The notes below the pieces were generated by a model, which saw only the letters and a list, made by a program, of their open reading frames with translations, was not told the DNA's origin and searched no databases. Position numbers and translations under genes: made by a program. DNA of 61,304 bases, taken from positions 1-61,304 of the forward strand of contig QHTD01000058.1 in NCBI GenBank assembly GCA_003220675.1. Direction: 5' to 3'. This document shows, piece by piece, positions 1 through 8,390 of the stretch. This DNA is from Candidatus Rokuibacteriota bacterium (lineage in GTDB: Bacteria; Methylomirabilota; Methylomirabilia; Rokubacteriales; CSP1-6). Within the stretch, counting starts at the first letter, position 1; each line of letters opens with the position of its first letter.

Positions 1-177
1 GAGACGATGACGGTCACCGGGCGGAAGGTGGACGACGCGCTGTTCACGCGAGTGCGCAGGCACTTCAGCGAGGCGCAGATCGTCGAGCTGACCGCCGCGG
101 TCGCGCTGGAGAACTTCCGCAGCAAGTTCAACACCGCGCTCGGCATCGAGGCTCAGGGGTTCTGTGTGCTGAAGTAG
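1..177 (+). CDS. AhpD/carboxymuconolactone-decarboxylase-like protein, C-terminal 58 codons (5' end outside window)
   Basis: Frame 1 is open from the window edge to TAG 175-177 (..SEAQIVELTAAVALENFRSKFNTALGIEAQGFCVLK*). The pattern resembles C-termini of CMD/AhpD-family proteins; this is recognition from memory, not a search. Confidence 0.5.
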   Translation, partial: ETMTVTGRKVDDALFTRVRRHFSEAQIVELTAAVALENFRSKFNTALGIEAQGFCVLK

Positions 178-186
178 TTCGGGGAC

Positions 187-387
187 TTACCGCTCGAAAT
201 TCTCTGGCGCCTCAACGCCCCGTCGAACCTCTGGTGACACCGGGGCGACAGACGGCGCCAGGTCCTGCGGCATCCACCGCGCGTAGACGCGGAGCAGGAC
301 ACTGGCACTGCGCCACCCGCCTTGCTGCTGGACGTAGAGCAGGGGCGCGTTCCGGCTGAGCATCTTCGCTGTCGGCCGACCACGTCT
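187..387 (-). pseudogene. relic of a phage-type tyrosine recombinase (C-terminal ~65 codons only)
   Basis: The frame directly after the livM stop (TGA 388-390) stays open to TAA 187-189. It reads RRGRPTAKMLSRNAPLLYVQQQGGWRSASVLLRVYARWMPQDLAP.., which looks like the extreme C-terminus (catalytic Tyr region) of integrases. No N-terminal or Arg-His-Arg part is present. Confidence 0.5.
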
Positions 388-1356
388 TCACACGGCCTGG
401 TCCTCCTGCTCCTCGCGGCGGCCGTCGGTGACAAGCAGCCCCTGAGGCCGGACGACCATCAGCACCATCAGCATGAGTCCGAAGACGAGCAGCCGGTAGC
501 GCTGGAAGTCCCGGAACACCTCTGGCAGCGTGACAAGCAGAGTAGCGCCCACCACCACGCCCAGCAGATTCCCCGTTCCACCCAGGATGACCATGGCGAG
601 GATGTTGATCGACTCTGTGAAGAGAAAGTTCTCCGGGAACACCGACCGCTGCCAGGAGGCCAGGAAGCTCCCGCCGACGCCAGCAAACGAGGCGCCCATG
701 GCGAAGGCCTGGAGCTTGGCGACCGTCGTGTTGATTCCCATGGTCTTTGCGGCCAGTTCGTCCTCCCGGATCGCCTGCCAGGCCCACCCGACGCGCGAGT
801 GGCGCAGGCGGACCGAAGCAATCAGGGCCAGAGCGAGGGCGGCGAGAAACAGATAATAGTATTCGGTGTTGCGGGAGAGCGTGAACCCGGCGAGGGCGGG
901 CGGGTCGATCCCGATGATGCCGCTCGGGCCCCCGGTGATATTGACGGGCCGGTCCAGGTTGATGAGCAGGAGGTAGGTGATCTCCCCGAACCCGAGCGTG
1001 ACGATAGCGAGGTAGTCTCCGCGGAGCCGCAACGTGGGGGCGCCGATGAGGAGCCCGGAGACCGCAGTCGCCACGACCACGATCGGGACGACCACGAAGA
1101 ACGGCAGGTGCAGGCCGAAGTGGCCCGAGGCCAGGAAAGCGTACACGTACGAGCCGATGCCGAAGAAGGCCACATAGCCGAGGTCGAGGAGGCCTGCGAA
1201 GCCGACCACGACGTTGAGCCCGAGGGCCAGGGTCGCGTACAGGCAGATGCGGGCCATCACCCCGATCCAGTAGTCGTTCGGTGCCAGGAGCGGCCCGACG
1301 ACGGCCGCCAGGCCGAGGGCCCACGCGACCCACCGCAGCCAGCCAGGCGGCGCCAC
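388..1356 (-). CDS. livM: branched-chain amino acid ABC transporter permease (LivM type)
   Basis: 322-aa polytopic membrane ORF, packed directly behind livH (1356/1358) within the liv-type operon. Confidence 0.85.
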   Translation of the reverse strand: MAPPGWLRWVAWALGLAAVVGPLLAPNDYWIGVMARICLYATLALGLNVVVGFAGLLDLGYVAFFGIGSYVYAFLASGHFGLHLPFFVVVPIVVVATAVSGLLIGAPTLRLRGDYLAIVTLGFGEITYLLLINLDRPVNITGGPSGIIGIDPPALAGFTLSRNTEYYYLFLAALALALIASVRLRHSRVGWAWQAIREDELAAKTMGINTTVAKLQAFAMGASFAGVGGSFLASWQRSVFPENFLFTESINILAMVILGGTGNLLGVVVGATLLVTLPEVFRDFQRYRLLVFGLMLMVLMVVRPQGLLVTDGRREEQEDQAV

Positions 1357-1357
1357 G

Positions 1358-2299
1358 TCAGACCTTTTCCCGTTCCGCGACGTTTTCGCCCAGGATCCCG
1401 GTCGGCCGGAAGACTAGCGTCAGGATCAGGATGATGAACGCCACCACGTCCTTATAGGCGGGGTTACCGAAGGTGACGGCCAGGCTCTCGACCAGGCCGA
1501 GGACCAGCCCACCCAGCATTGCGCCCTTGATGTTCCCGATACCACCCAGCACGGCGGCGGTGAACGCCTTCAGGCCTGCCGAGTAGCCCATATAGAAGTC
1601 GATCTGGGTGTAGTAGAGCCCGACCAGCACGCCGGCAGCGCCGCCGAGCGCCGAGCCGAGGAAAAACGTGACCGCGATCACGCGACGGACGTTGACGCCC
1701 ATGATCGCCGCCGTCTCGCGGTCCTCGGCCACCGCGCGGATCGAGCGTCCGAGCGTGGTGCGCTGGACAAGCTCATGGAGTCCCCACATCATGAGGCCGG
1801 CCACCATGATCATCACGATGACCAGCGCCGAGATGCTGGCCCCGGCGACCTGAATCCGCCAGCCGCGTGGAAAGAGGAGGCTCGTCATGTAGACCTTCAT
1901 GCGGGCGCCCTGAGTCACCATGACCGCGTTCTGGAGGAAAATCGAGGCCCCGACGGCGCTGATCAGGGGACCGAGCCGAGTGGCGCCGCGCAGGTAGAGC
2001 GGCCGGTAGGCGAAGCGCTCGAGGCAGACGCCGAGCAGTCCCGCGACCAGCATGGCGTGGAGCAGCAGGAGCGGCACCACCCAGGCCGGGTGAAGGCCGC
2101 CCACCTGCGCGTTGAGGAGCGCGGTGAGCACGCCCCAGCCGACGTAGGCGCCGATCATGAAGATTTCGCCGTGGGCGAAGTTGATCATGAGGAGCACGCC
2201 ATAGACCATCGTGTAACCGAGCGCGATCAGCCCGTACACGGTTCCCAGCGCGAGGCCGAAGACGAGCTGCTGCGGGAGGATCTGGAGGACGTCGGCCAC
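1358..2299 (-). CDS. livH: branched-chain amino acid ABC transporter permease (LivH type)
   Basis: Hydrophobic ORF. I chose the GTG start at 2299, which gives VADVLQILPQQLVFGLALG.. and lies 4 nt after the livF stop. The longer ORF to 2404 would overlap livF and add an Arg/Ser-rich non-membrane leader. Confidence 0.85.
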   Translation of the reverse strand: MADVLQILPQQLVFGLALGTVYGLIALGYTMVYGVLLMINFAHGEIFMIGAYVGWGVLTALLNAQVGGLHPAWVVPLLLLHAMLVAGLLGVCLERFAYRPLYLRGATRLGPLISAVGASIFLQNAVMVTQGARMKVYMTSLLFPRGWRIQVAGASISALVIVMIMVAGLMMWGLHELVQRTTLGRSIRAVAEDRETAAIMGVNVRRVIAVTFFLGSALGGAAGVLVGLYYTQIDFYMGYSAGLKAFTAAVLGGIGNIKGAMLGGLVLGLVESLAVTFGNPAYKDVVAFIILILTLVFRPTGILGENVAEREKV

Positions 2300-2303
2300 G
2301 CGG

Positions 2304-3017
2304 CTAATCCTCGCCGAGATAGGCGCGGCGGATGTGGTCCGCGGCGAGGAGCGCCCGCGCTGTGTCGTGGACCACGATGCGCCCGTTCTGGAGCACGTAG
2401 CCACGGTTCGCGATGCTCAGCGCGACCGCGGCGTTCTGCTCGACCACGAGGATCGTCGTCCCCTGCCGATTGATGGTCTGGATGATGTCGAAGACCTGGT
2501 CCACGAGCGCCGGGGCCAGCCCCATCGAGGGCTCGTCCATCAGCAGGAGCCGCGGCCGGGCCATGAGCGCGCGGCCGACGGCGAGCATCTGCTGCTCGCC
2601 GCCCGAGAGGGTGCCCCCGAGCTGATGCTGGCGCTCGGAGAGCCGCGGGAAGAGCGTGTAGACGCGCTCGAAGTCCTCGGCCAGCTCGCCGGCGGGCGCC
2701 TTCTGGCGCGTGAAGGCTCCCATGGCCAGGTTCTCCCACACCGTCATGCGGGCGAAGATCCGCCGCGACTCGGGGACGAGCGAGACGCCGCGGCGGACGA
2801 TCGCCTCGGTGGGCAGCCGGTCGATTCGCCGGTCCTCGAACTCGACGCGACCAGCCGTCGGTCGAACGACGCCCAGGATCGTCTTCATCGTGGTCGACTT
2901 CCCCGAAGCGTTGCCGCCGAGCAGGCATACGATCTCTCCGGCGCGCACCTCGAGAGTCACAGCCTTCAGCACCCGGATGGGGCCGTAGTGAGTGACGACG
3001 TCGGTGAGCCTAAGCAC
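2304..3017 (-). CDS. livF: branched-chain amino acid ABC transporter ATP-binding protein (LivF type)
   Basis: Walker A GGNASGKST, signature LSGGEQQ, Walker B LLLMDEP. Overlaps the livG end by 8 nt. Confidence 0.9.
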   Translation of the reverse strand: MLRLTDVVTHYGPIRVLKAVTLEVRAGEIVCLLGGNASGKSTTMKTILGVVRPTAGRVEFEDRRIDRLPTEAIVRRGVSLVPESRRIFARMTVWENLAMGAFTRQKAPAGELAEDFERVYTLFPRLSERQHQLGGTLSGGEQQMLAVGRALMARPRLLLMDEPSMGLAPALVDQVFDIIQTINRQGTTILVVEQNAAVALSIANRGYVLQNGRIVVHDTARALLAADHIRRAYLGED

Positions 3018-3792
3018 GACCCGCCCGCCGGCCGAGATAGGCCTCCAGAACCGCGGCGCTCTCGCGGACCTCTTCGAACCGGCCCTCGGCGATCTTGGTG
3101 CCGTGATCGAGGGCCACGACCCGATCGCAGATCCCGCGGATGACGGTCATATCGTGCTCGATCAAGAGCACCGTGATCCCTCGGGCGCGGATACGCTCGA
3201 TGTCTCGCATGAGCTCATGGGTCTCGGTCGGGTTCATTCCCGCCGCCGGCTCGTCCAGCAGCAGGAGCCGCGGGTCGGCAGCGAGGGCGCGGGCGATCTC
3301 GAGGCGACGCCGGTTGGCGTAGGAGAGGGTCCAGGCTGGCCGGCCGGCGCGAGAGAGGAGCCGATCCCCGAAGAGCCCCAGCAGCTCGGCCGCCCGATCC
3401 TCCACGCGGCGACGCTCGGCGCGGGGACCGGGCATCCCGAGAAGGATTCCGGCGATCCCGGCCCGCGTTCGGCAGTGCGTGCCGACCAGGATGTTCTCCA
3501 GCACCGTCATGTGATTGAAGAGGCGCTGGGTCTGGAACGTGCGCGCGACTCCGAGCGCGGTGATCCGGTGCGGCGGCAGCCCGGTCAACTCCTGCCGACC
3601 GTGATCGAACACGACGCGGCCGGCTGTCGCCGGGTACAGCCCGGTGACGAGGTTGAAGACCGTGGTCTTGCCAGACCCGTTGGGTCCGATGAGGCCCACG
3701 ATCTCGTCGTTGCCGACGTGGAGGACGAGATCGTGGACCGCCCGCAGGCCCCCGAAGTGCTTCGTCAGCCCTGAGATTTCGAGGAGCGGCAT
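3010..3792 (-). CDS. livG: branched-chain amino acid ABC transporter ATP-binding protein (LivG type)
   Basis: Walker A GPNGSGKTT, LivG-type signature LSYANRRRLEIARAL, Walker B LLLLDEP. Confidence 0.9.
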   Translation of the reverse strand: MPLLEISGLTKHFGGLRAVHDLVLHVGNDEIVGLIGPNGSGKTTVFNLVTGLYPATAGRVVFDHGRQELTGLPPHRITALGVARTFQTQRLFNHMTVLENILVGTHCRTRAGIAGILLGMPGPRAERRRVEDRAAELLGLFGDRLLSRAGRPAWTLSYANRRRLEIARALAADPRLLLLDEPAAGMNPTETHELMRDIERIRARGITVLLIEHDMTVIRGICDRVVALDHGTKIAEGRFEEVRESAAVLEAYLGRRAGRA

Positions 3793-3824
3793 CCCTCCGA
3801 ACGGCTATCCGGGCCTCTGGCCCT

Positions 3825-4973
3825 TTACTTGACCGTGATGGATTTCACCTGCTCGAAGCCAGTTCCTTTCACCTGGTAGAAGTAGATGACCCCACCGGCG
3901 ACGTCGCCCTTGTCGTCGAAGGAGATCGGCAGGCCGAGAATCCCCCTGTAGTTCCGCAAGGCGCGAACGGCGTCTCGCACGGCCGCGCGGTCAGGCTTTC
4001 CGACTTTCTTGATCGCCTCAAGGATGATATTGGCCGCCTCGTAGGCCAGCGGCCCGTAGGAACTCACCGGGCCATACTTGGCCTCGAAGGCCTTCACGAA
4101 GCCTACGGCCTGGGGGATCTTCTTTAGATCGGGCACCAGGAAGCTCACGTAGTTGCCCTCGGCTGCGCCGCCCGAGGCCTGGATGTAGTCGACCGGCTCG
4201 AACTGCCCGTCGGGGCCGATCATGCGCACGCTCAGGCCGACGTCGGGGAGTTGCTTCGCGATCAGTGCGGCGTCGGGCGCCCACAGACTCGCGTAGATCA
4301 CGTTGACGTCCTTGGGGACGGTGGCCAGGATCGCGCGGAAATCCTTGTCCCCCGAACGGATGACGTAGCGGAGCGGCGTGGCGCCGAGCTGCTTCGCCTT
4401 TTTTTCGACCTCGTCCGCCACGCCCTTCGGCCCTGTGGTCCCGTCGTCGAAAATGGCGAGCTTCTTCGCCTTGAGGTCCTGCACGGCGAACATGGCGCCG
4501 GCCGGGCCCTGGGCGTCGTCCCGCGCGCATACGCGGTTCGTGTTCTTGAGCCCTCGGTCGGTCACCTTGGGGTTGGTGCAGCCGGGGCTGATCAGGACGA
4601 GGTTCACTCGCTCCAGGACCTCGGAGACCGGAATGCAGGTCACGCTGGTAATCCCCCACACCGCGCCGACGACGGCGTGGTCGGCGGCGACCTTCTCGGC
4701 CGCGGCGACGCCCACCTGCGGGTTGCCCTGATCGTCGGCCTCCAGGACCTCGACCTTCTTGCCGAGCACCCCGCCCTTTTTGTTCCACTCATCGGCGGCA
4801 AGCTTGACGGCGTTGGCGACCTCCTGCCCCTGTTTGGCCAGAGGCCCGGTCAGCGGCACGCCGGCCGCGATCTTTATCACCTGCTGCGCTTCGGCGGATG
4901 GCTGGCCAGCGGTGACTGTTGCCCCGACCAGCAGCACCCCGAGCATCACGAGGATCGACTTCCGGCGACTCAT
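3825..4973 (-). CDS. periplasmic Leu/Ile/Val-type substrate-binding protein
   Basis: 382 aa with signal peptide MSRRKSILVMLGVLLVGATVTAGQPSAEA and an SD (AAAGGAGG) upstream. It is the first gene of the liv-type operon. Confidence 0.85.
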   Translation of the reverse strand: MSRRKSILVMLGVLLVGATVTAGQPSAEAQQVIKIAAGVPLTGPLAKQGQEVANAVKLAADEWNKKGGVLGKKVEVLEADDQGNPQVGVAAAEKVAADHAVVGAVWGITSVTCIPVSEVLERVNLVLISPGCTNPKVTDRGLKNTNRVCARDDAQGPAGAMFAVQDLKAKKLAIFDDGTTGPKGVADEVEKKAKQLGATPLRYVIRSGDKDFRAILATVPKDVNVIYASLWAPDAALIAKQLPDVGLSVRMIGPDGQFEPVDYIQASGGAAEGNYVSFLVPDLKKIPQAVGFVKAFEAKYGPVSSYGPLAYEAANIILEAIKKVGKPDRAAVRDAVRALRNYRGILGLPISFDDKGDVAGGVIYFYQVKGTGFEQVKSITVK

Positions 4974-5097
4974 GGGCGGCCTCCTTTGTCGGCGTGCGTG
5001 AGACGACAGGCCCGAGACGTGCCAACTATGGTGGCGCCGACGGCGCCCGTCAAGTCGACGCAGGTGGCGTAGCGGATCGCGTGGCCGACCTCGCGGC

Positions 5098-5673
5098 TCA
5101 GCGCACGCGGCGCAGCACCAAGAAGTACTGGTGTGGCAGAAAGCGGTGCTCGGCGATCAGGCGCAGGCCGGCGCGCCGGGCGTCGCGCAGGAACCGAACG
5201 CGGGGGACACGGCGCCGGGGCGGCGGCCCCCACTCCGATTGTTCGTTCCAGTCGATGTTGACGACGCGAGCATCGCGGGTGAGCGTCGGGACCAGCCGGC
5301 GCAGGAACGCGGCACCCTCACGCATGTGGTGGTAGACGTTGACGAGCAAGGCCAGGTCGCAGCGTCCTGGGGGCAAGAGCGCGTCATCGTCCCGGCCCAG
5401 CACCGGCGTGACGTTGCGCAGGCGAGTGCGCCGAAGACGTCCGCGCAGCACCGCGAGCACCGCCGCTTCGGGGTCCACCGCGTAGACGTGACCTGATGGA
5501 CCGACGGCCCGCGCCAGTCGGGGCGTGAAGTATCCCGGGCCGGCCCCGATCTCGGCCACCACCTGCCCGCGACGCAGCCCGAGCGCCCGCACGACGGCGC
5601 CGGGCTTCTGCCACCGCGCCCGCCGCGGGTGGAGCTGCCGGCGTAGCGCGGCGGCTAGCGCGCTACGCGTCAC
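5098..5673 (-). CDS. class I SAM-dependent methyltransferase
   Basis: Motif I VAEIGAGPGYFT. GTG start at 5673 has no good SD; see the finding on the out-of-frame SD-driven GTG at 5692. Confidence 0.7.
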   Translation of the reverse strand: MTRSALAAALRRQLHPRRARWQKPGAVVRALGLRRGQVVAEIGAGPGYFTPRLARAVGPSGHVYAVDPEAAVLAVLRGRLRRTRLRNVTPVLGRDDDALLPPGRCDLALLVNVYHHMREGAAFLRRLVPTLTRDARVVNIDWNEQSEWGPPPRRRVPRVRFLRDARRAGLRLIAEHRFLPHQYFLVLRRVR

Positions 5674-5751
5674 CCTTGACCCGCAGGCCCACGGTTCGAC
5701 TCCTTTGTCCTTCGCGAATGGCGCCCTCTCGCGTTCCGCCTCGCCAGCGCC

Positions 5752-6069
5752 TTAAGGGCGGGTGAGCGATCGGAGGTAGACCACGATCTTCCGGATGTCT
5801 TCCGCGGAGATCTTGTCCCTGAAGGGCGCCATGGCGGTACCAGCGCGACCGTTGGCGATCCTGGCCACGATCTCCTCGTCAGATTTCGTCGTGCGGGTCA
5901 GGTCCGGCCCGACGTTGCCCCGGCCCTCGAGGCCATGGCAGGCGTAGCACCCGTTCGCCAGGTACAGACGCTTCGCCTCGTCGAGCACCTCCGCCTGGAC
6001 CGCGCCCTGGCCACCCGCGGTGCCGACCCACACGAGGCCCGCCGCGCCGACGAGGATGATGAGCGACAT
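5752..6069 (-). CDS. small monohaem c-type cytochrome
   Basis: Start ATG at 6069 gives a 105-aa protein with signal-like MSLIILVGAAGLVWVGTAGG, haem motif CYACH and a distal Met (GTAMAPF). The upstream part of the 242-aa ORF is Arg/Pro-rich junk. Confidence 0.8.
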   Translation of the reverse strand: MSLIILVGAAGLVWVGTAGGQGAVQAEVLDEAKRLYLANGCYACHGLEGRGNVGPDLTRTTKSDEEIVARIANGRAGTAMAPFRDKISAEDIRKIVVYLRSLTRP

Positions 6070-6350
6070 CCGCGCGCTTCGCTCGCCACCGCTGCCGGGC
6101 GCCGGGGGCGCACCCCCGGGACTCGGTCTGCGCGGCGACAGTTTCCGCAGGCCGCCCGAGACTGTCAAGCGAGAACCTGGTGCGTGTCGAGCCCGACGTG
6201 GCGCGGGCGCTTCGAGACAGCACCTCCGTGAACCGCGCGTGACAAGGAGGAGTTCCTGATTGTGCCTGGGTTGCGTCCGTCGCAGCGTTTCGCCTCGGTG
6301 TGTAACCCGTAACGGGCTAACATACCGAGGCGATGATCGGCTCGGGTCTC

Positions 6351-6393
6351 CCGCAGCAAGTTCAACACCGCGGCCCAGGGGTTCTGCGTGCTC
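6351..6393 (+). repeat. orphan partial copy of the 3' end of the gene at 1-177
   Basis: 6351-6372 is identical over 22/22 nt to 117-138. After a 12-nt gap in the alignment, 6373-6393 matches 151-171 at 18/21 nt. No complete ORF surrounds it. Confidence 0.85.
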
Positions 6394-6418
6394 CCGCGTT
6401 GAGGCGGCGGGCCGGCGC

Positions 6419-7525
6419 ATGAGCACGGCGCAGGGCTCCGCGCGTCCGCTGGCGGAAGTCCGCATCGAGACGCTCAGCACCCGTGGTGGCCGCCCGCCGG
6501 GCGCCCACGAGGTGGGCGTCCACGTACGCTACGGCGAGTTCTTCACCTTTCTCGGCCCGCCCAAGTCGGGCAAGTCCGACGTGCTGAGGGCGATCGCGGG
6601 CTTCCTGCCGATGACGAGCGGCCGCGTCCTCGTGGACGGCCAGGACATCTCCCTCCTGCCGCCGCGCGGGCGCGGCGTCGGCTACGTGTTCCAGGAAGGT
6701 GCCTTGTGGCCCCACCTGACGGTCGCCCAGCACATCGCCTTCGGCCTCGAGCAGCAGGGGCTCGCCGCCGCGGAAATCGCGCGCAAGGTCGCGACGGTCG
6801 TCGGCCGCCTCGGCCTTGCCGGGCTCGAGGCGCGCCGCCCGCCCGAGCTCGGCATCGAGCAGCGGCGCCGCCTCGCGATCGCGCGCGCGCTCGCCGTCGA
6901 GCCGCGCGTGCTCCTCCTCGACGAGCCGCTCGCGAACATCGACCCCGCGGCGCGCAAGACGCTCCGCCTCGACCTGGCGAAGCTCCACCGTGACCTCGCC
7001 GTGACGACGATCCACGCCACCCGTAACGCCGCCGATGCGCTCGCCCTCTCCGACCGCCTCGCCGTGATGGGCGAGGGGCGTGCGCTCCAGATCGGTGATC
7101 CCGACGAGCTCTATCACCGCCCGTCGAGCCGCGCCGTGGCCGAGACGCTCGGCCCGGCGAACTTTCTGCAGGTGAGCGTCGTGGAGGTCCGCGACCTCGG
7201 CGTCGTCGTCGAGACCGAGGGCGGCCACCAGGTGCCGGTCGCCGGCACCGGCGCGTTCCGCAAGGGCGACCGAGGGCTGCTCGTGCTTCGCCCGGAGACG
7301 CTCTCACTCACCGAGGCGGCGATGGCGCGCGGCCCGGGCATCCCCGGGAAGGTCGCGATCCGCGTCTTCGAGGGCGCGCGGCACCTCTACGAGATCGAGA
7401 TCGGCGGAACGCGGCCGGTGCGCGTCGAGGTGCCGTCGACGGGCGAGACGCGCATCTACCGACTCGGTGATCGGGTGCGCGTCGAGGTGTCCAGCGAGAC
7501 GGTCGTGCTGGTGCCGGATGTCTAG
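6419..7525 (+). CDS. orphan ABC-transporter ATPase with C-terminal TOBE-like domain (PotA/FbpC/MalK type) and a degenerate signature motif
   Basis: Walker A GPPKSGKS, Q-loop VFQEGALWPHL, Walker B VLLLDEP. The LSGGQ position reads LGIEQ and the H-loop reads HATRN. No permease or binding-protein gene is adjacent. ATG 6419 chosen as start. Confidence 0.75.
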   Translation: MSTAQGSARPLAEVRIETLSTRGGRPPGAHEVGVHVRYGEFFTFLGPPKSGKSDVLRAIAGFLPMTSGRVLVDGQDISLLPPRGRGVGYVFQEGALWPHLTVAQHIAFGLEQQGLAAAEIARKVATVVGRLGLAGLEARRPPELGIEQRRRLAIARALAVEPRVLLLDEPLANIDPAARKTLRLDLAKLHRDLAVTTIHATRNAADALALSDRLAVMGEGRALQIGDPDELYHRPSSRAVAETLGPANFLQVSVVEVRDLGVVVETEGGHQVPVAGTGAFRKGDRGLLVLRPETLSLTEAAMARGPGIPGKVAIRVFEGARHLYEIEIGGTRPVRVEVPSTGETRIYRLGDRVRVEVSSETVVLVPDV

Positions 7526-7560
7526 CGGCACGTCGGACTCGCCGCGCTTCGAGCGCGGGC
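7523..7560 (+). repeat. stop-codon-plus-hairpin module, copy 1 (copy 2 at 55110-55147)
   Basis: 31/38 nt identical to 55110-55147, including 20 exact nt GCCGCGCTTCGAGCGCGGGC (stem CCGCGC/GCGCGG, loop TTCGA). Both copies begin at a TAG stop codon. Confidence 0.7.
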
Positions 7561-7593
7561 TCCGCCCGCGCCCCCCAATGGGGGTGTTGGTAC

Positions 7594-7610
7594 GGGGCCG
7601 TCGAGGCCCC
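7594..7610. terminator. GC hairpin between convergent genes
   Basis: GGGGCC-GTCGA-GGCCCC lies between the ATPase stop (7525) and the phosphodiesterase stop (7620). There is no T-tract, so intrinsic termination is only inferred. Confidence 0.4.
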
Positions 7611-7619
7611 CTCCGAATT

Positions 7620-8384
7620 TCAGACCGCGTACGTGCGATCCTGCTCCAGGATCGAGACGCGGCCGCCGCCGATGCGCTCCAGCTCCTCGGCGATCTCCTC
7701 GTGGAACTGGGGCTTCACGTGGTAGATCAAGACCGGAAGGTTCCCCGGCAGCTTGTCGAGCTCGCGACGAATCAGGGCGGGCGTGAGGTGCTTGGCGACC
7801 TCGGCAAGCGGTCCCAGCCGGTTCGGGAACGCGCACTCGAGGATCACCGCGCGCAGACCCTGGAGCCCACGGGCGGTATTCCAGAGCGCCTCGGTCGGGC
7901 CCGTGTCGCCGGAATAGATGACGCCCGACGAGCCGTCGTGGACGATGAACCCTGTCGTCGGCACGCTGTGGTTCACCTGGACCGGCGTCACCCAGAGATC
8001 GCCGACGCGCTGCTCGACGTCCTCGACGAGCGTCCGGTACTTCACGACGGGGACATCGGCGTGCGGGATCTTGGAGAAGTCGGGCCAGAGGACGTTGTTG
8101 AAGACGCCCCAGCGCAGCGTGCTCACGACGTGATCGATGCCGGTGATGGTCACCGCGGCGCCGTTCTCGCAGAAGCCGAGCGTCTCGCTGAGGTACACGA
8201 GGCCGGCGACGTGGTCCAGGTGCGAGTGGGAGATCAGCGCGTGCTCGATCGAGAGCTGCTCGGGGACCGTCAGCGTGCTGCTCACAGTTCCCGCGTCGAT
8301 CAGCGTCCGGTCATTGACGAGGAACGCGGACGGGCGGTGCCCGAGCCCCTCGGCGCCGAAGGCGCCGAGCACGCGGATCTTCAT
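7620..8384 (-). CDS. MBL-fold class-II 3',5'-cyclic-nucleotide phosphodiesterase-like protein
   Basis: MKIRVLGAFGAEG.. start at 8384, with metal motif HSHLDHVAG. Overall resemblance to the CpdP/PDE1-type family, judged from memory. Confidence 0.7.
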   Translation of the reverse strand: MKIRVLGAFGAEGLGHRPSAFLVNDRTLIDAGTVSSTLTVPEQLSIEHALISHSHLDHVAGLVYLSETLGFCENGAAVTITGIDHVVSTLRWGVFNNVLWPDFSKIPHADVPVVKYRTLVEDVEQRVGDLWVTPVQVNHSVPTTGFIVHDGSSGVIYSGDTGPTEALWNTARGLQGLRAVILECAFPNRLGPLAEVAKHLTPALIRRELDKLPGNLPVLIYHVKPQFHEEIAEELERIGGGRVSILEQDRTYAV

Positions 8385-8390
8385 CGCGCG

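Noticed and set aside
2300-2404. Longer LivH start (ATG 2404).
   Set aside because: It would overlap livF by 100 nt and add a hydrophilic Arg/Ser-rich leader. GTG 2299 gives the usual LivH N-terminus.
5686-5706. tRNA T-loop-like GGTTCGACTCC.
   Set aside because: The flanking bases cannot form a T-stem (CACGG versus CCTTT) and no acceptor or anticodon arms are present. On the other strand the sequence is simply the SD/uORF region of the methyltransferase.
6244-6418. AAGGAGG SD followed by TTG 6260, which would add 53 residues to the N-terminus of the ABC ATPase.
   Set aside because: The extension (MCLGCVRRSVSPRCV...) reads through the orphan gene-end repeat in a different frame. It is Cys/Arg-rich and unlike ABC N-termini. 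The distance from ATG 6419 to Walker A is already normal. It remains possible that the SD is a leftover of a destroyed gene.
6070-6480. Upstream extension of the cytochrome c ORF (242 aa in total).
   Set aside because: The extension is Arg/Pro/Ser-rich and has no signal peptide. The ATG at 6069 gives a normal signal sequence directly followed by the haem domain.
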